Positions 51,457 to 62,383 are shown, counted from the first letter of the whole stretch. The stretch: 63,975 bases of DNA, filler included, from an uncultured Methanoregulaceae archaeon (GCA_964530035.1; 7 parts of 7 records of this genome joined end to end with filler, not necessarily neighbours in it); one strand, 5' to 3'. Notes: generated by a model not told the origin, from the sequence alone. Program-made: numbers and translations.

Positions 51457-53196
51457 TTATTCCACCGTCACGCTCTTGGCCAGGTTCCGTGGCTTGTCTA
51501 TGTCCTTCCCCAAAGCATCTGCAGTGAAGTATGCGATCTGCTGGAGGGCGATGCTTGCTGTGACCGGCACGATGAACGGGTCGGTTTCCGGGAGAGGGAG
51601 ATAGACATCGGCGATATCTGAAAGGTCCTGGTCTTTGCCGACCCCGATCACGATCAGAGGGGTCCCGCGCGCCTTCATCTCCTTCAGGTTTGAGATCATG
51701 ACGGGGTAGCTTGTCCCCGGAGGGCATACCGCAACCACGGGAGTCTCTTCTGACAGGAGGGCAAAGGGACCGTGCTTGATTTCCCCTGCCGCATAGCCTT
51801 CGGCGTGAATGTAGCTTATCTCCTTCATCTTGAGGGCACCTTCAAGTGCGACCGGGTAGTAGGGTCCCCTGCCGACATAGAATATGTGGGAAGCCCCGCG
51901 GCAGGTCCGGACTGCTTCTGAGAAGTCCATAAGGAGGACCTCCTCGATCGCCTGGCTCCCGTGTTTCAGGGCAAGGTCATGGCGACCGTTGCAGAGTTGG
52001 TTGACCACCTGCATGAGGACACCAAGCTCAGCCGTGAACGATTTCGTCGCCGCCACGCTGATCTCCGGGCCGGCACGCATGAAAAGGGTATAATCGGCGG
52101 AACGGGTGACCGTAGAGCCGAGAACATTGGTTATCGCCACCGTGGGGATGTTTGCGCACCGGCCCTTTCTGAAAGCCGCCAGGGTATCTGCCGTTTCACC
52201 GGACTGCGTTATCCCGATGATGAGGTCGGTCGGTGGTGGCGTGTAATATTTGAACTCGGATGCAAGCTCTACCCTGACCGGGATGGCGCAGTTCTCCTCC
52301 ATGAGGTACCTGAAGATCATCCCTGCATGATAGGACGTCCCGCAGGCGACGACGGTAACCGATCCCGCTTCGGCCACGGCATCAGGCAGGGTTTCCTGGC
52401 TGACAGCCCGGACTGACTGGGAAAAAACCGTCGGCTGTTCGTAGATCTCCTTGGCCATGTAATGCTTGAAGCCACCTTTTCTGACGTCCTCAACGGACCA
52501 GTCGATTGTCTGGACAGCACGATCAACCTCCCTCCCCGAAGCCCTGATCACCACGTTGTCCCGGGTGAGGACGGCAACATCCCCGTCCTCGAGGTAGATC
52601 ACCCTTTCGGTGTACTCGAGGAGAGGGGTTGTATCGGACGCGGCAAGGTTCTCGCCATCACCCAGCCCTATGACCAGGGGACTCTGGTTCCTGGCAGCCA
52701 CAATGGATTCATCCCCGTCGACAACCGCCAGTATGGCGTAGGAGCCTTCGAGCCTCCCGAGGGTCCGCTCCACGGCTTCAACGAGCGAGCCATGGTACTC
52801 CTCCTCGATCAGGTGGACGATAACCTCTGTATCGGTTTCTGACCGAAAATTGTGCCCCCTATGGACCAGTTCACGTTTGAGTTCGATATAATTCTCTATG
52901 ATCCCGTTATGGACAACAGCAATACGTTCCGGGCAGTCGACATGCGGATGGGCATTGACATCATTGGGAACACCATGAGTCGCCCACCGGGTATGACCAA
53001 TACCTGTGGTCCCCGAAAGGGCCGTTGCCTCGCCTTCGAGGTCTGATATCCGGCCACGTCTTTTCAGGACATGAAGTCCCTCTCCAAGCGAGGCAATGCC
53101 AAACGAGTCATAGCCCCGGTACTCGAGCTTTTTCAGGCCTTCAACGACGACCCCGGCAGCTTCACGCTCCCCGCAGTACCCTACTATGCCGCACAC
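51457..53196 (-). CDS. glmS: glutamine--fructose-6-phosphate transaminase
   Basis: MCGIVG, LEYRGYDS, GHTRWATHG, QSGETADT and PRNLAKSVTVE motifs. Confidence 0.98.
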   Translation of the reverse strand: MCGIVGYCGEREAAGVVVEGLKKLEYRGYDSFGIASLGEGLHVLKRRGRISDLEGEATALSGTTGIGHTRWATHGVPNDVNAHPHVDCPERIAVVHNGIIENYIELKRELVHRGHNFRSETDTEVIVHLIEEEYHGSLVEAVERTLGRLEGSYAILAVVDGDESIVAARNQSPLVIGLGDGENLAASDTTPLLEYTERVIYLEDGDVAVLTRDNVVIRASGREVDRAVQTIDWSVEDVRKGGFKHYMAKEIYEQPTVFSQSVRAVSQETLPDAVAEAGSVTVVACGTSYHAGMIFRYLMEENCAIPVRVELASEFKYYTPPPTDLIIGITQSGETADTLAAFRKGRCANIPTVAITNVLGSTVTRSADYTLFMRAGPEISVAATKSFTAELGVLMQVVNQLCNGRHDLALKHGSQAIEEVLLMDFSEAVRTCRGASHIFYVGRGPYYPVALEGALKMKEISYIHAEGYAAGEIKHGPFALLSEETPVVAVCPPGTSYPVMISNLKEMKARGTPLIVIGVGKDQDLSDIADVYLPLPETDPFIVPVTASIALQQIAYFTADALGKDIDKPRNLAKSVTVE

Positions 53197-53197
53197 C

Positions 53198-54352
53198 CTA
53201 TATCACCCGGCTTTCGTCAGGTATGACCGAGGACCTGACCAGCCGGTGGCCGTCAAGGATGGCGTTTGTCCCTACTACCGTGTTCTGGTACCCCATTGCC
53301 GGCCCGCTCTCAGCCTGGTCTCCGGCTATCAGCCCGAATGACGTCCTGATAAGCTCACCTTCAATGTCAACAACACCCTCCTTCATGGTGGCGGTGGTAT
53401 GGTCCCCAAGAACGACCCCGCTGCCGATGACTGATGACTCGATCACGGAGTGGGACCCGATTTCGACATCTTCCATCACGATGCTGCTGGCTAACCTGCA
53501 GAACGGTTCAATAACCGTCCGGGAACCAATGCTCACTCCCGGCCCGACACAGGCGTGGGGGCCGATGACACACCCGTCTCCGATCACCACCGGTCCTGTA
53601 ACCACGGTATACGGGCCGATCACGGTATCTGCACCAATCGAAACGGCTCCCCTGATGACTGCCGTCCGGTCAATCTGCCCGGCCTTCTGAGGGACGGTCA
53701 ACCCGAGCAGTGCTTCGTTCATCCTCAACAGGTCCCATGGATAGATGGCGTCCTGCCAGCACTCGGCGATTACACCTTTGATCTTGATGCCGGATTCAAT
53801 CCATCCATCGATCTCTGTAGTCAGGTCGTTCTGGCGGAGGCCCGCGAGTGCGTCCTGAGGCAGGGCCATAATCCCCGTGCTGACGGTCATGGAAGGTGCC
53901 CTGGCGGGTTTTTCTACGATTGAAGTCACATATCCCCGTTTCAGGGTGACAACCCCGAAATTCGACGGGGTCAGGTGGTTCCTGACAAGCATGGCATACG
54001 GAGTCCCGGAGACCCTGCGGATTGCATCGGCGTCGATATAGTTGTCCCCGGGAAGTACAACAAAGTCATCGTGGATATATCGTCCTCCGGCCCGGATGGC
54101 ATGGGCGGTTCCGAGCTGCCGCTCCTGGACCGCTACCCGGACCTCGAACGGGAGCTCAGAAAGATACCGAATCACCTGCTCCTTCCGGTAACCGACGACT
54201 ACGACGATATCCCGTATACCGCTCTTCACGACCGCCCCGATGACATGACCAAGGATCGGGCAGTTGGCAACCGGGATCATCGCCTTGGGCCTTGACCAGG
54301 TAAGGGGGCGTTGGCGTGTCCCCTCACCTGCGGCAAGAATAATGGCCTGCAT
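53198..54352 (-). CDS. sugar-phosphate nucleotidyltransferase/acetyltransferase (GlmU-like paralog)
   Basis: MQAIILAAGEGTRQRPLT..PK, QLGTAHA and hexapeptide repeats. Confidence 0.9.
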   Translation of the reverse strand: MQAIILAAGEGTRQRPLTWSRPKAMIPVANCPILGHVIGAVVKSGIRDIVVVVGYRKEQVIRYLSELPFEVRVAVQERQLGTAHAIRAGGRYIHDDFVVLPGDNYIDADAIRRVSGTPYAMLVRNHLTPSNFGVVTLKRGYVTSIVEKPARAPSMTVSTGIMALPQDALAGLRQNDLTTEIDGWIESGIKIKGVIAECWQDAIYPWDLLRMNEALLGLTVPQKAGQIDRTAVIRGAVSIGADTVIGPYTVVTGPVVIGDGCVIGPHACVGPGVSIGSRTVIEPFCRLASSIVMEDVEIGSHSVIESSVIGSGVVLGDHTTATMKEGVVDIEGELIRTSFGLIAGDQAESGPAMGYQNTVVGTNAILDGHRLVRSSVIPDESRVI

Positions 54353-54354
54353 TG

Positions 54355-55554
54355 TCACCTCACCTTCGTCCCGGCACTGATGGTACCTTCGACACTGGCA
54401 TGCGGGGCGATGAGGACGCCGCTCCCGATCACCGTACCGGCATTTATCGAGCAGTTGATCCCGGTCTTCACGTTGTCTCCGAGGATGGCCCCGAACTTCT
54501 CGCGTCTCGTGTCCCTGCCGCCTGCAATGATGTTGGCCCGGTCGTGACGGAGGTTCGCGATCTTCGTCCCGGCCCCGAGGTTGCATCCGCTCCCGATCAC
54601 GCTGTCGCCGACATAGTTAAAGTGGGGAATGTTGGTGCCGGGAAGGATGACGGAGTTCTTGATCTCTATGCTGTGACCGATATGGCAGCCATCACCGATG
54701 GAGGTTGCTCCGCGGATGTATGCGTGAGGACCAACCCTGCATCCCTCCCCGATGACACACGGGCCTTCGATATACGTACCTGACTTGAGAACCGTTCCCT
54801 TGCCGACCGCAACATTTCCCTGGAGGAAAACCCCTTCCTCAACAGTACCGAGGATTTCACCTGAAAACGTCCCGAGTACGGCGGCGTTGGCATCGAGGAG
54901 GTCCCAGGGATATCCTGCATCAAGCCAGTACTCCAGGGAATAAGCTGAAAGCCGCCCTTTTTTTATCAGGACTGCCAGGGCGTCGGTTATCTCGTACTCA
55001 CCCCGGGGAGAGAGCGCTACCTTCGACACCAGGTCGATAATTTCTGGTTCAAACCGGTACACCCCTGCATTGATGAGGTTGCTTTCAGGGCTCCCTGACT
55101 TTTCCACCAGCGATGTCACGAGGCCATCCCGGACTTCGACGACACCGTAGTCCTCAGGGTGATCTGATGAATATACGCCCATGGTATGGCCCTCACAGGC
55201 GGCAATGGCCCTGATATCCCCGGAAGCCAGCAGCATATCCCCGTTCATCAGCAGGAAAGGACCGGTTACCGCCTTTGAAGCGGCCTTCAGAGCGTCCGCC
55301 GTTCCACGTTGTTGCCGCTGGACCACATACGTTATTGAAACGCCAAGAGAGGACCCGTTCCCGAAGTGTTTCCTGACCTCGCGCTCACCATAGCCGACGA
55401 CAAGCACGAACCGCGTGATTCCTGCGTCACGGGCTGCAATGACCAGGTGCTCCACCATCGGCCGGTTCGCTATGGGGAGCATGACCTTCGGCCTGGCGGC
55501 TGTCAGGGGCCGCATCCTTTTGCCTTCACCAGCGGCGAGAACTACACATTCCAT
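54355..55554 (-). CDS. glmU: bifunctional GlmU-type nucleotidyltransferase/acetyltransferase
   Basis: VLAAGEGKRMRPLT..PK, GTADA, RGEYEITD, HFNYVGDSVIG and ANLRHD motifs. Confidence 0.93.
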   Translation of the reverse strand: MECVVLAAGEGKRMRPLTAARPKVMLPIANRPMVEHLVIAARDAGITRFVLVVGYGEREVRKHFGNGSSLGVSITYVVQRQQRGTADALKAASKAVTGPFLLMNGDMLLASGDIRAIAACEGHTMGVYSSDHPEDYGVVEVRDGLVTSLVEKSGSPESNLINAGVYRFEPEIIDLVSKVALSPRGEYEITDALAVLIKKGRLSAYSLEYWLDAGYPWDLLDANAAVLGTFSGEILGTVEEGVFLQGNVAVGKGTVLKSGTYIEGPCVIGEGCRVGPHAYIRGATSIGDGCHIGHSIEIKNSVILPGTNIPHFNYVGDSVIGSGCNLGAGTKIANLRHDRANIIAGGRDTRREKFGAILGDNVKTGINCSINAGTVIGSGVLIAPHASVEGTISAGTKVR

Positions 55555-55556
55555 TC

Positions 55557-56825
55557 CTATTCCTCCGTTATACTGCGGACAGCACGGGAAAGCCTGGTTT
55601 TCCCGTCCTCCATCATCGCTTTCGCATCCATTGCGGTCTTTCCTTCCACCGTGATCCTGATCTTCGGCTCAGTCCCGCTTGCCCTGATAAGACACCAGCC
55701 CTGTTCCCCCGTTGTCCTGATGCCATCCGTCGGGTTGACGGCACCGAGCTTCTCCATCACGGCTTTCGCCCTCGTGTGGATAATGGACTCCCGGATGACG
55801 GAATACGTGGGCATTGCGTCTATTTCTCGGGCGATATCCCATTCACCCGCCATCTCACAGAACAAGGCGGCTGCGTGGGGGCCGTCAGGGCAGAGGGATA
55901 ACCTCGGGAAGATCCATGCTCCTGATGGTTCACCGCCGAAATCACCCCATGAACGAAGCTTCTCGGAGACATAGGCATCGCCAACGGGTGTCCGCTCGGT
56001 TTCTGTGTATTCTTCGATAAGCATCGAGGCGTCATACGTGGTTACCACCTTTCTCGCCCCAAGGTATCGTGCGAACAGTACCATCATACGGTCGCCGTCG
56101 ATGAAACGCCCACGGTTGTCAAAAGCCATCATCCTGTCGGCATCGCCGTCATGGAGTATGGCACAATCCGCGCTCTTGGTGTCCATGAGCCGCCTGATGT
56201 ACGGGACATATTCCGGAAGTGGTTCAGACGGACGGGAGAACCGGCCTGACGCAGATGCATGGACTGCAGTTACCCGGGCACCGGCGGAAGCAAGTAGAGC
56301 GGGGGTAATCAAGGAGCCGGCTCCGTTCGCACAGTCCAGTATCACCTGCATCCCTTCCCGGACTTTGCAGAGGGCATTTATTGCCGCTGCATGGCGGGCG
56401 ATTCCTGGTTCGTCGATAATGCTGCCCTGGTGGTCCCAACCGGCGAGGTCACGTTTATCCGAGGTGATTCTCTCTTCGGTCACCTGTTGTTGTTCAAGGG
56501 TGAAAGACGACCCGTCAGGGTTGAAAAGTTTCAATCCATTGTACTCCTCGGGATTGTGCGAGGCCGTCACCATGCACCCGGCGTCATGTGACCGTGCATT
56601 GAAGGCGACCGTCGGTGTCGGTTCAATGCCCTGCCAGGTAACACCGCATCCCTGGGCCAGGGCACCTGCGGAAAAAGCCCGTGCAAGGAGCGGTCCGGTC
56701 GTACGGCTGTCCATCCCGATAACAAGGCTTTTTGCCTGGCATCCGACGGCGTACCCGGCTGCCATGGCGAGTTCCGCAAACCCCTCCCCATACTTCCTTC
56801 GGATACCGGACGAGCCGAACAGCAT
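55557..56825 (-). CDS. glmM: phosphoglucosamine mutase
   Basis: MLFGSSGIR, TASHNP, HDGDADR, GGEPSG and RASGTEP motifs. Located in the glm operon. Confidence 0.92.
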   Translation of the reverse strand: MLFGSSGIRRKYGEGFAELAMAAGYAVGCQAKSLVIGMDSRTTGPLLARAFSAGALAQGCGVTWQGIEPTPTVAFNARSHDAGCMVTASHNPEEYNGLKLFNPDGSSFTLEQQQVTEERITSDKRDLAGWDHQGSIIDEPGIARHAAAINALCKVREGMQVILDCANGAGSLITPALLASAGARVTAVHASASGRFSRPSEPLPEYVPYIRRLMDTKSADCAILHDGDADRMMAFDNRGRFIDGDRMMVLFARYLGARKVVTTYDASMLIEEYTETERTPVGDAYVSEKLRSWGDFGGEPSGAWIFPRLSLCPDGPHAAALFCEMAGEWDIAREIDAMPTYSVIRESIIHTRAKAVMEKLGAVNPTDGIRTTGEQGWCLIRASGTEPKIRITVEGKTAMDAKAMMEDGKTRLSRAVRSITEE

Positions 56826-56857
56826 GGTGGTATATTGTACTAATCCGGCAGATATGC

Positions 56858-57454
56858 TTAACCCGTCCCGAAAGGACACCAATGGGGATGTTTCCTGATA
56901 TTACAGACTCCTGCTGTCGCTGGTCCCAGGAACAGGACGTTTTTTTCCGTGGGGATACCTCCCTTTTCCGCGAGTCCGTCCCCAATTACGAGCACGAGAT
57001 CGGCTTCTGCCACGGATGCTGTCCTTAGAAAGGCCTCATCTTTCAGAACGGGGGGGGTCGGACCCATGATGAAGACCCGCTGGCCGGATAGTCTGCCGGC
57101 GAGCCCGGCCAGGCACTCTGCATGATGTTCTTTGGTGCATGCGTGCAGGGTCCTTGAAATACAGAGGAAACCGGCGACAACATTGATAATGGCAAGTGCA
57201 GCCACCCGTTGTTCCACTTTTTCAAGTGTCCTCCCGAACATGAACGAGATCCTGGTCGTGGCCCGGACCGGGTTATTCGTCATGAAATCCGCAGTTTTAC
57301 CACCGAATGACGCGCGGACGCAGGCACCCCGCTCGAACTGGCAGGGGATGAGATCGGGTATCGTTGCAAGGGTGACAATCCCGTCCTCGCAACCGGTATG
57401 TTCCAGCAGTCTGTGCAGGTCTTCGATATAGTCTGTTATCAGGGTCATGGTCAT
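56858..57454 (-). CDS. conserved hypothetical protein (weakly DUF364/Rossmann-like)
   Basis: QRVAALAIINVV and LFLGPAT segments. Chained within the operon. Confidence 0.6.
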   Translation of the reverse strand: MTMTLITDYIEDLHRLLEHTGCEDGIVTLATIPDLIPCQFERGACVRASFGGKTADFMTNNPVRATTRISFMFGRTLEKVEQRVAALAIINVVAGFLCISRTLHACTKEHHAECLAGLAGRLSGQRVFIMGPTPPVLKDEAFLRTASVAEADLVLVIGDGLAEKGGIPTEKNVLFLGPATAGVCNIRKHPHWCPFGTG

Positions 57455-58068
57455 TACTTCGCAAATTGAAGGTGGTCTGAAAGAACAGCCCTTACAGGAG
57501 CGCCATCTGCGCCTGCAAGCCTGATAGGCAGGGCAATCAGGAGATAAAGCCCGGGGAGGACTGGCCCAAGGTCAAGCATCTCGAGGATCGGAATCCCTGC
57601 ACCGAGAAGTGCCCGGTGAACACTCCCCTCGCTGTCGGGCGGTTCTGGGGAGGGGCAGTCTGTCCCCAGTACCGGAACTCCTGTTTCGCAGAGCACCCGT
57701 ACGGCATCCGGGGACAGGACCGGATAATCCGGGGAAAATGAGGTGGCATGCGAGAAAGGGGTCCTGATGAGAAGGCCCTCACCTCCGGTCCATCCCGAGC
57801 CCCGGATTATATCGCAGGTTATGAGCGGGACGGTGACATTGATTACCCGTGCCGGTACGATAAGCCGGTCAAGAGGGACCTCGTCAAGAGAGGGTCCTTT
57901 TGCCAGGGCGTGGAGCGGCGCATCGAGATGCGTCCCGGTATGGGATGTGATCAGGAGCCGTGTCATGGTGTAACCTCCTGACACGGAAGTGGTGATCTCC
58001 GGGGCGGGGTCTCCGGGGAAAACAATGCTGCCAGGTCCCAGGGGTCTCGTTATGTCAAACAGGGCCAT
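57454..58068 (-). CDS. cyclase / kynurenine formamidase-family protein
   Basis: FPGDP, HTGTHLDAP, VHRALL and ADGAPVRA motifs. Confidence 0.92.
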   Translation of the reverse strand: MALFDITRPLGPGSIVFPGDPAPEITTSVSGGYTMTRLLITSHTGTHLDAPLHALAKGPSLDEVPLDRLIVPARVINVTVPLITCDIIRGSGWTGGEGLLIRTPFSHATSFSPDYPVLSPDAVRVLCETGVPVLGTDCPSPEPPDSEGSVHRALLGAGIPILEMLDLGPVLPGLYLLIALPIRLAGADGAPVRAVLSDHLQFAK

Positions 58069-58072
58069 GGTG

Positions 58073-58519
58073 TTACCCAGGAAATCCCTGTTCTCCGATC
58101 AGGGGGACAAAGACGACCCCGCCGAACTCTTCCCTGATGACGGTTCCTTCCTGCCGGGTAAGGCGGACGAGCGTCTGGACGCTCCGGTTGCCAACGGGAG
58201 CGACCAGCCTGCCTCCCTCGGCAAGCTGTCCGACAAGGGCTTCAGGTACCTCGGGGGTAGCCGCGGTAATGATGATACCGTTGTACGGACCGAGAACCGG
58301 GTAACCCAGAGACCCGTCACCGGTAACGACTGTAACATTTTCAATTTCGAGTGCCTCGAGGAGACGAGTGGCCTGGGAGGCGATGGACTCAAGGCGTTCG
58401 ATACTGATCACACGTTCCACGAGAAGTGAAAGAACCGCTGCCTGGTACCCGCTGCCGGTCCCGATCTCGAGGACCCAGTCCTCAGGAGAAGGGCAAAGGA
58501 GCTCGGTCATAACCGCAAC
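58073..58519 (-). CDS. pcm: protein-L-isoaspartate O-methyltransferase (5' partial)
   Basis: VLEIGTGSGYQAA, GDGSLG, GGRLVAPVG and FVPLIG motifs. Confidence 0.95.
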   Translation of the reverse strand, partial: VAVMTELLCPSPEDWVLEIGTGSGYQAAVLSLLVERVISIERLESIASQATRLLEALEIENVTVVTGDGSLGYPVLGPYNGIIITAATPEVPEALVGQLAEGGRLVAPVGNRSVQTLVRLTRQEGTVIREEFGGVVFVPLIGEQGFPG

Positions 58520-58619
58520 NNNNNNNNNNNNNNNNNNNNNNNNNNNNNNNNNNNNNNNNNNNNTTAATTAATTAANNNNNNNNNNNNNNNNNNNNNNNNN
58601 NNNNNNNNNNNNNNNNNNN

Positions 58620-58883
58620 GAGGGTGCGATCGGCGAGCTCCGTGGACCGAACTACCCGAACTACGCCATGAACGTCGGTCACCAGGGAGAATACGCAGCA
58701 ATTGTCGGCAGTGCTCACTACAGCCGTGGAGATGCATGGTCCCTGTCCCCCCTGATCAAGATCACGTTCGCAGACCCCGCACTCAAGTTCGACTTCGCAG
58801 AACCCAGGCGCGAGTTTGCCAAGGGTGCCATCCGCGAGTTCATGCCCGCCGGAGAGCGCTCGCTGATTATACCCTCAAGGTAA
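58620..58883 (+). CDS. mcrA: methyl-coenzyme M reductase alpha subunit, 3' end
   Basis: [40 protein letters not shown]. Confidence 0.98.
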   Translation, partial: EGAIGELRGPNYPNYAMNVGHQGEYAAIVGSAHYSRGDAWSLSPLIKITFADPALKFDFAEPRREFAKGAIREFMPAGERSLIIPSR

Positions 58884-58889
58884 AACCAT

Positions 58890-58903
58890 ACCCTCTTTTT
58901 TTA
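58890..58903 (+). terminator. probable oligo-T terminator after mcrA
   Basis: CCCTCTTTTTTT immediately after the stop codon. Confidence 0.5.
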
Positions 58904-59122
58904 GCCACTTTTGCACCATTCCACCCCGTTGTGCGCAGGGCTGCCTGCCGTAACCCCGTCTTCCCGGACGGATACCGTTGCAAGAGCAGCTGACTTCAAC
59001 CTGCCGGGGCCATCCCAGGAGGACAAATCACCCCCTGGCAAATGAGCATTCTCTCCCGGGCCCGGGAACGAACAAACCTGAACTTTCTATAGGTTGGATG
59101 CCACACCATCTTGGTACCAGAT

Positions 59123-60439
59123 ATGGCTGTGACCGTGATCTCTCCAGGCATCTACACCTACGGTGCGATGCTGATAGCAGGAATGCTCAGGGACCTGGGC
59201 TGTGCTGTTGAAATAAAAAGGGAACTCACGGCAAAACCCTCCAGCACGGTTTTCCTGAGCCTCTACTCAACCCTCCACCTCATTGACCCGCAGATACAGT
59301 CATTCGTCAGCGTCCACCGTCAAAACGGGGGTGTCTGTTATATCGGAGGACCTGTTTCAGCCTATCCGGACATCGTGCTCGGTGAGCTCGGGGCGGATGC
59401 CGTAGTCCTCGGGGAGGGGGAGGAAACCGTCAGGACGCTTGTCCGCGAGGGAATCACCGATGATACGACTGGCATCGCATTCATGGCCGGAGACACCCTT
59501 GTTGCAAGGCCACGGGACCCTCCTTCATCCATTGCTCACCCTCTCCCGCTCATCCCGGCCGATATCGCGAGGCAGAGCGTCCGTGGTGCAAACATTTATA
59601 TCGAGACCCACCGGGGCTGCATCGGAGGGTGTACGTTCTGCCAGGTACCGCGGTTCTTCGGAAGGAGGATCCGCAGCCGCGGGATACCCGAAATCGTAGA
59701 GGAGGTGAAGGCACTGAAGGAGGCGGGGGTCCAGAGATTATCGATAAGCGGAGGAACCGGTTCACTCTACCAGGCCCGTGATGGTTCAATAAACACCGCT
59801 GCCTTTGTTGAGCTCCTTGCCGCGATTGCAGGGGTCATGGGAAGCCGGAACGTATCGGCACCTGACATCCGTGCCGACTGCATCAATGACGATATTCTCG
59901 ATGCAATCAGGAAATACACCATCGGTTGGGTTTTTTTTGGAATTGAGTCAGCAAGTGATGCAATCCTGGCCCAGATGGGAAAGGGGATGCAGATAGCGCA
60001 GGTCGTCGATGCGATAGCGCAATGCCGGAGGCATGGCCTGAAGGTCGCCGGGAGTTTCATCGTGGGTTATCCCACGGAAACCTCAGAAGATTACGCTTTG
60101 TCCAAGGCATTTATAGGTGACCAGAAACTGGATGACGTATTCATCAGTATCGCTGAACCAATCCCCTCGACTCCACTGGCGAAACTCGTCCTCAATACCG
60201 AAAAACCAAAGAACCCGCTGTTCGCCCCCCATACCGGGGAGTACAGGACGCTTGGATTCACCGAAGCCGAAGCCAGGTGTTTTGACCTGACGCTGCATGC
60301 CGACCTCCATAAACCCGGACTCCATGTAACGACCGACCAGCTGTTCGATACGTATATCAGGGAGGTTAAGAAACAGGGCCGTGAAATCCGGGCTGTAACC
60401 GAGCTTCTCTTCAGGTATTCAAAACACCAGCAGGGGTAA
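59123..60439 (+). CDS. cobalamin-dependent radical SAM methyltransferase; probable MCR glutamine C-methyltransferase
   Basis: ISPGIYTYGAML N-terminus, B12-binding GGP..VLGEGEE, ETHRGCIGGCTFCQVP and FGIESAS motifs. Adjacent to mcrA. Confidence 0.82.
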   Translation: MAVTVISPGIYTYGAMLIAGMLRDLGCAVEIKRELTAKPSSTVFLSLYSTLHLIDPQIQSFVSVHRQNGGVCYIGGPVSAYPDIVLGELGADAVVLGEGEETVRTLVREGITDDTTGIAFMAGDTLVARPRDPPSSIAHPLPLIPADIARQSVRGANIYIETHRGCIGGCTFCQVPRFFGRRIRSRGIPEIVEEVKALKEAGVQRLSISGGTGSLYQARDGSINTAAFVELLAAIAGVMGSRNVSAPDIRADCINDDILDAIRKYTIGWVFFGIESASDAILAQMGKGMQIAQVVDAIAQCRRHGLKVAGSFIVGYPTETSEDYALSKAFIGDQKLDDVFISIAEPIPSTPLAKLVLNTEKPKNPLFAPHTGEYRTLGFTEAEARCFDLTLHADLHKPGLHVTTDQLFDTYIREVKKQGREIRAVTELLFRYSKHQQG

Positions 60440-60976
60440 CTGCTCCCAGACAACGGTCGTACCACCTGTCGGAACCATTTCTCATCCCTGGCGGAAGACG
60501 CATTACGTGGTGCTGAATCAAGCCATCCTCCCATTTTCCCGCACTAATAGCCGAGCACCGGCACAGAGGCTTGATGTCAGGAAACGGGGTCCCTTCGGGG
60601 AGATCACCATCCCCGGTATCCATACGTCCTTCCCTGAACCTTTTTTTATCGGTAATTCTGCTGCATTCACCTCCAATGAATCCTGATCACCTGTAGTCAG
60701 AAGAGAGTTCATTGCAGCCATTCCAGTACTGGTCATAAGACTGTTTTCTGACAGCGCATATTCAGCCAGTTCCTGTGCGCTTTTTTGGTGCAGACAACCT
60801 ACACTTGTTACCACTGAGGTGTGGTCGTGAGGTTTGTCTCCGTCCATGGTTGTTGCCAGGCCGCACCGGGAACTGCATACGGCAGTCCAGTGGACTCCGA
60901 CAAGCACAGAGCGGACTGGCACAGGCTTTCCCGGAAGTGTTCCGGGCAGGTCATCAATAACCGGGTATATGCTCAT
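60440..60976 (-). pseudogene. degraded DUF364-family gene
   Basis: VGVHWTAV..CGLATT..TGMAAMNSLL..KDV N-terminal half. The expected IGHFP segment is missing, and a GDLPE remnant appears in another frame. Confidence 0.6.
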
Positions 60977-61131
60977 CGAAGCTCCCGGAAGGATATGAAA
61001 CGTCGCAAACGAAGCCAGAATATGCTATTCAATGTTGACAGAGCCAGACCTGTATGAATCATCTGATGAAGCATGGTGTTATAAGTAAAATATTATTATG
61101 CGCATATGAGTAATAATCAAAGGGAGAGATC

Positions 61132-61464
61132 ATGAAAGTCTGTATTACTTCACAAGGTCCGACACTCGAATCGCCAACAGAGGAGAGATTTGGACGCGCC
61201 CCATTTTTCATCATCATTGAGAGCGAAAACGGATCCCATGAAGCGGTCACGAACCCGTTCACCGCTGGTGCAGGGGGAGTAGGGCCTAAAGCTGCACAGA
61301 TCCTTATTGCAAACAATGTCAAGGCACTGGTCAGCGGACAGGTGGGAGGAAATGCCAGGGAAGTGCTTGCTTCGGCGGGCATCGCGATGTATGCGTGCAA
61401 GGCGGGTGGTTCGGTAAAGGAGGCATTTGACCAGTTCATGAACAATGCCCTTCCCAGGACGTAA
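61132..61464 (+). CDS. NifB/NifX-family (MTH1175-like) protein
   Basis: RFGRAPFFII, GGVGPKAAQ and GQVGGNA motifs. Confidence 0.9.
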   Translation: MKVCITSQGPTLESPTEERFGRAPFFIIIESENGSHEAVTNPFTAGAGGVGPKAAQILIANNVKALVSGQVGGNAREVLASAGIAMYACKAGGSVKEAFDQFMNNALPRT

Positions 61465-61531
61465 CGTAAACAGACCCTGATATGAACGTGGAACAACAGT
61501 ACTCTCACAGGGTCACCTGTCAGGAAAGACC

Positions 61532-62383
61532 ATGAAACTCGCAATAGCAAGTGGAAAGGGGGGCACCGGAAAAAGCATGGTAGCGGCCAACCTCGCCTAT
61601 ACCCTGTCCCGGTCGGGACCAGTCACCCTCGTTGACTGTGATGTCGAGGAACCCAACCTTCACCTGTTCTTTCCCGCACAGGAAATGACAAGGGAGGTAA
61701 CCGTTCCTGTACCGGTCGTCAACGAGACCACATGCCAGCACTGTGGCCAGTGCTCGGATTTCTGCCAGTATGGTGCATTAACCGTCCTCCCGGAAAGGGT
61801 TCTCTTCTTTCCAGAACTCTGCCATTCATGCGGGGGATGCATGCTGGTCTGCCCGAATGAGGCAATACATGAAGAGCAGAAACGCATCGGAACCATTTCA
61901 ACCTCAACACCATGCCCCGGCCTGAAACTGGTATCAGGTACCCTGGACATGGGGGACCCTCATGCAGCCCCGGTCATCAGGGAGGCAAAGATGGAGGCAG
62001 CTGGAGAAAACCTGGTGATATACGACGCATCGCCAGGTACTTCCTGTCCGGTCGTCGAGACCCTTGATGGATGTGATGCCTGTGTCCTTGTCACAGAATC
62101 GACCCCGTTCGGCCTGCATGACCTTCACCTCGCCGTTCTCGTCGCACGACAGCTTCATGTGCCTGCAGGAGTCCTCATCAACCGGAGTGATGGGAATGAC
62201 CAGGCCCTGCTTGAATACTGTGCCGGCAACAACCTCCATGTCATGATGAGGATCCCTTTCGACCGTGAGATCGCGTCCATCCAGAGCAGGGGGGACCTCC
62301 TGTGCCGGGTCCACCCGAAGTGGCAGGAGTCCTTTGCTGAACTGTACCAAAAATGCATCGCACTTGCCGGAGAGAGACCATGA
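61532..62383 (+). CDS. MinD/ParA-type P-loop ATPase with inserted 2x[4Fe-4S] ferredoxin
   Basis: SGKGGTGKS, DCDVEEPN, two CxxCxxCxxxC motifs and DASPGTSCP. Confidence 0.92.
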   Translation: MKLAIASGKGGTGKSMVAANLAYTLSRSGPVTLVDCDVEEPNLHLFFPAQEMTREVTVPVPVVNETTCQHCGQCSDFCQYGALTVLPERVLFFPELCHSCGGCMLVCPNEAIHEEQKRIGTISTSTPCPGLKLVSGTLDMGDPHAAPVIREAKMEAAGENLVIYDASPGTSCPVVETLDGCDACVLVTESTPFGLHDLHLAVLVARQLHVPAGVLINRSDGNDQALLEYCAGNNLHVMMRIPFDREIASIQSRGDLLCRVHPKWQESFAELYQKCIALAGERP

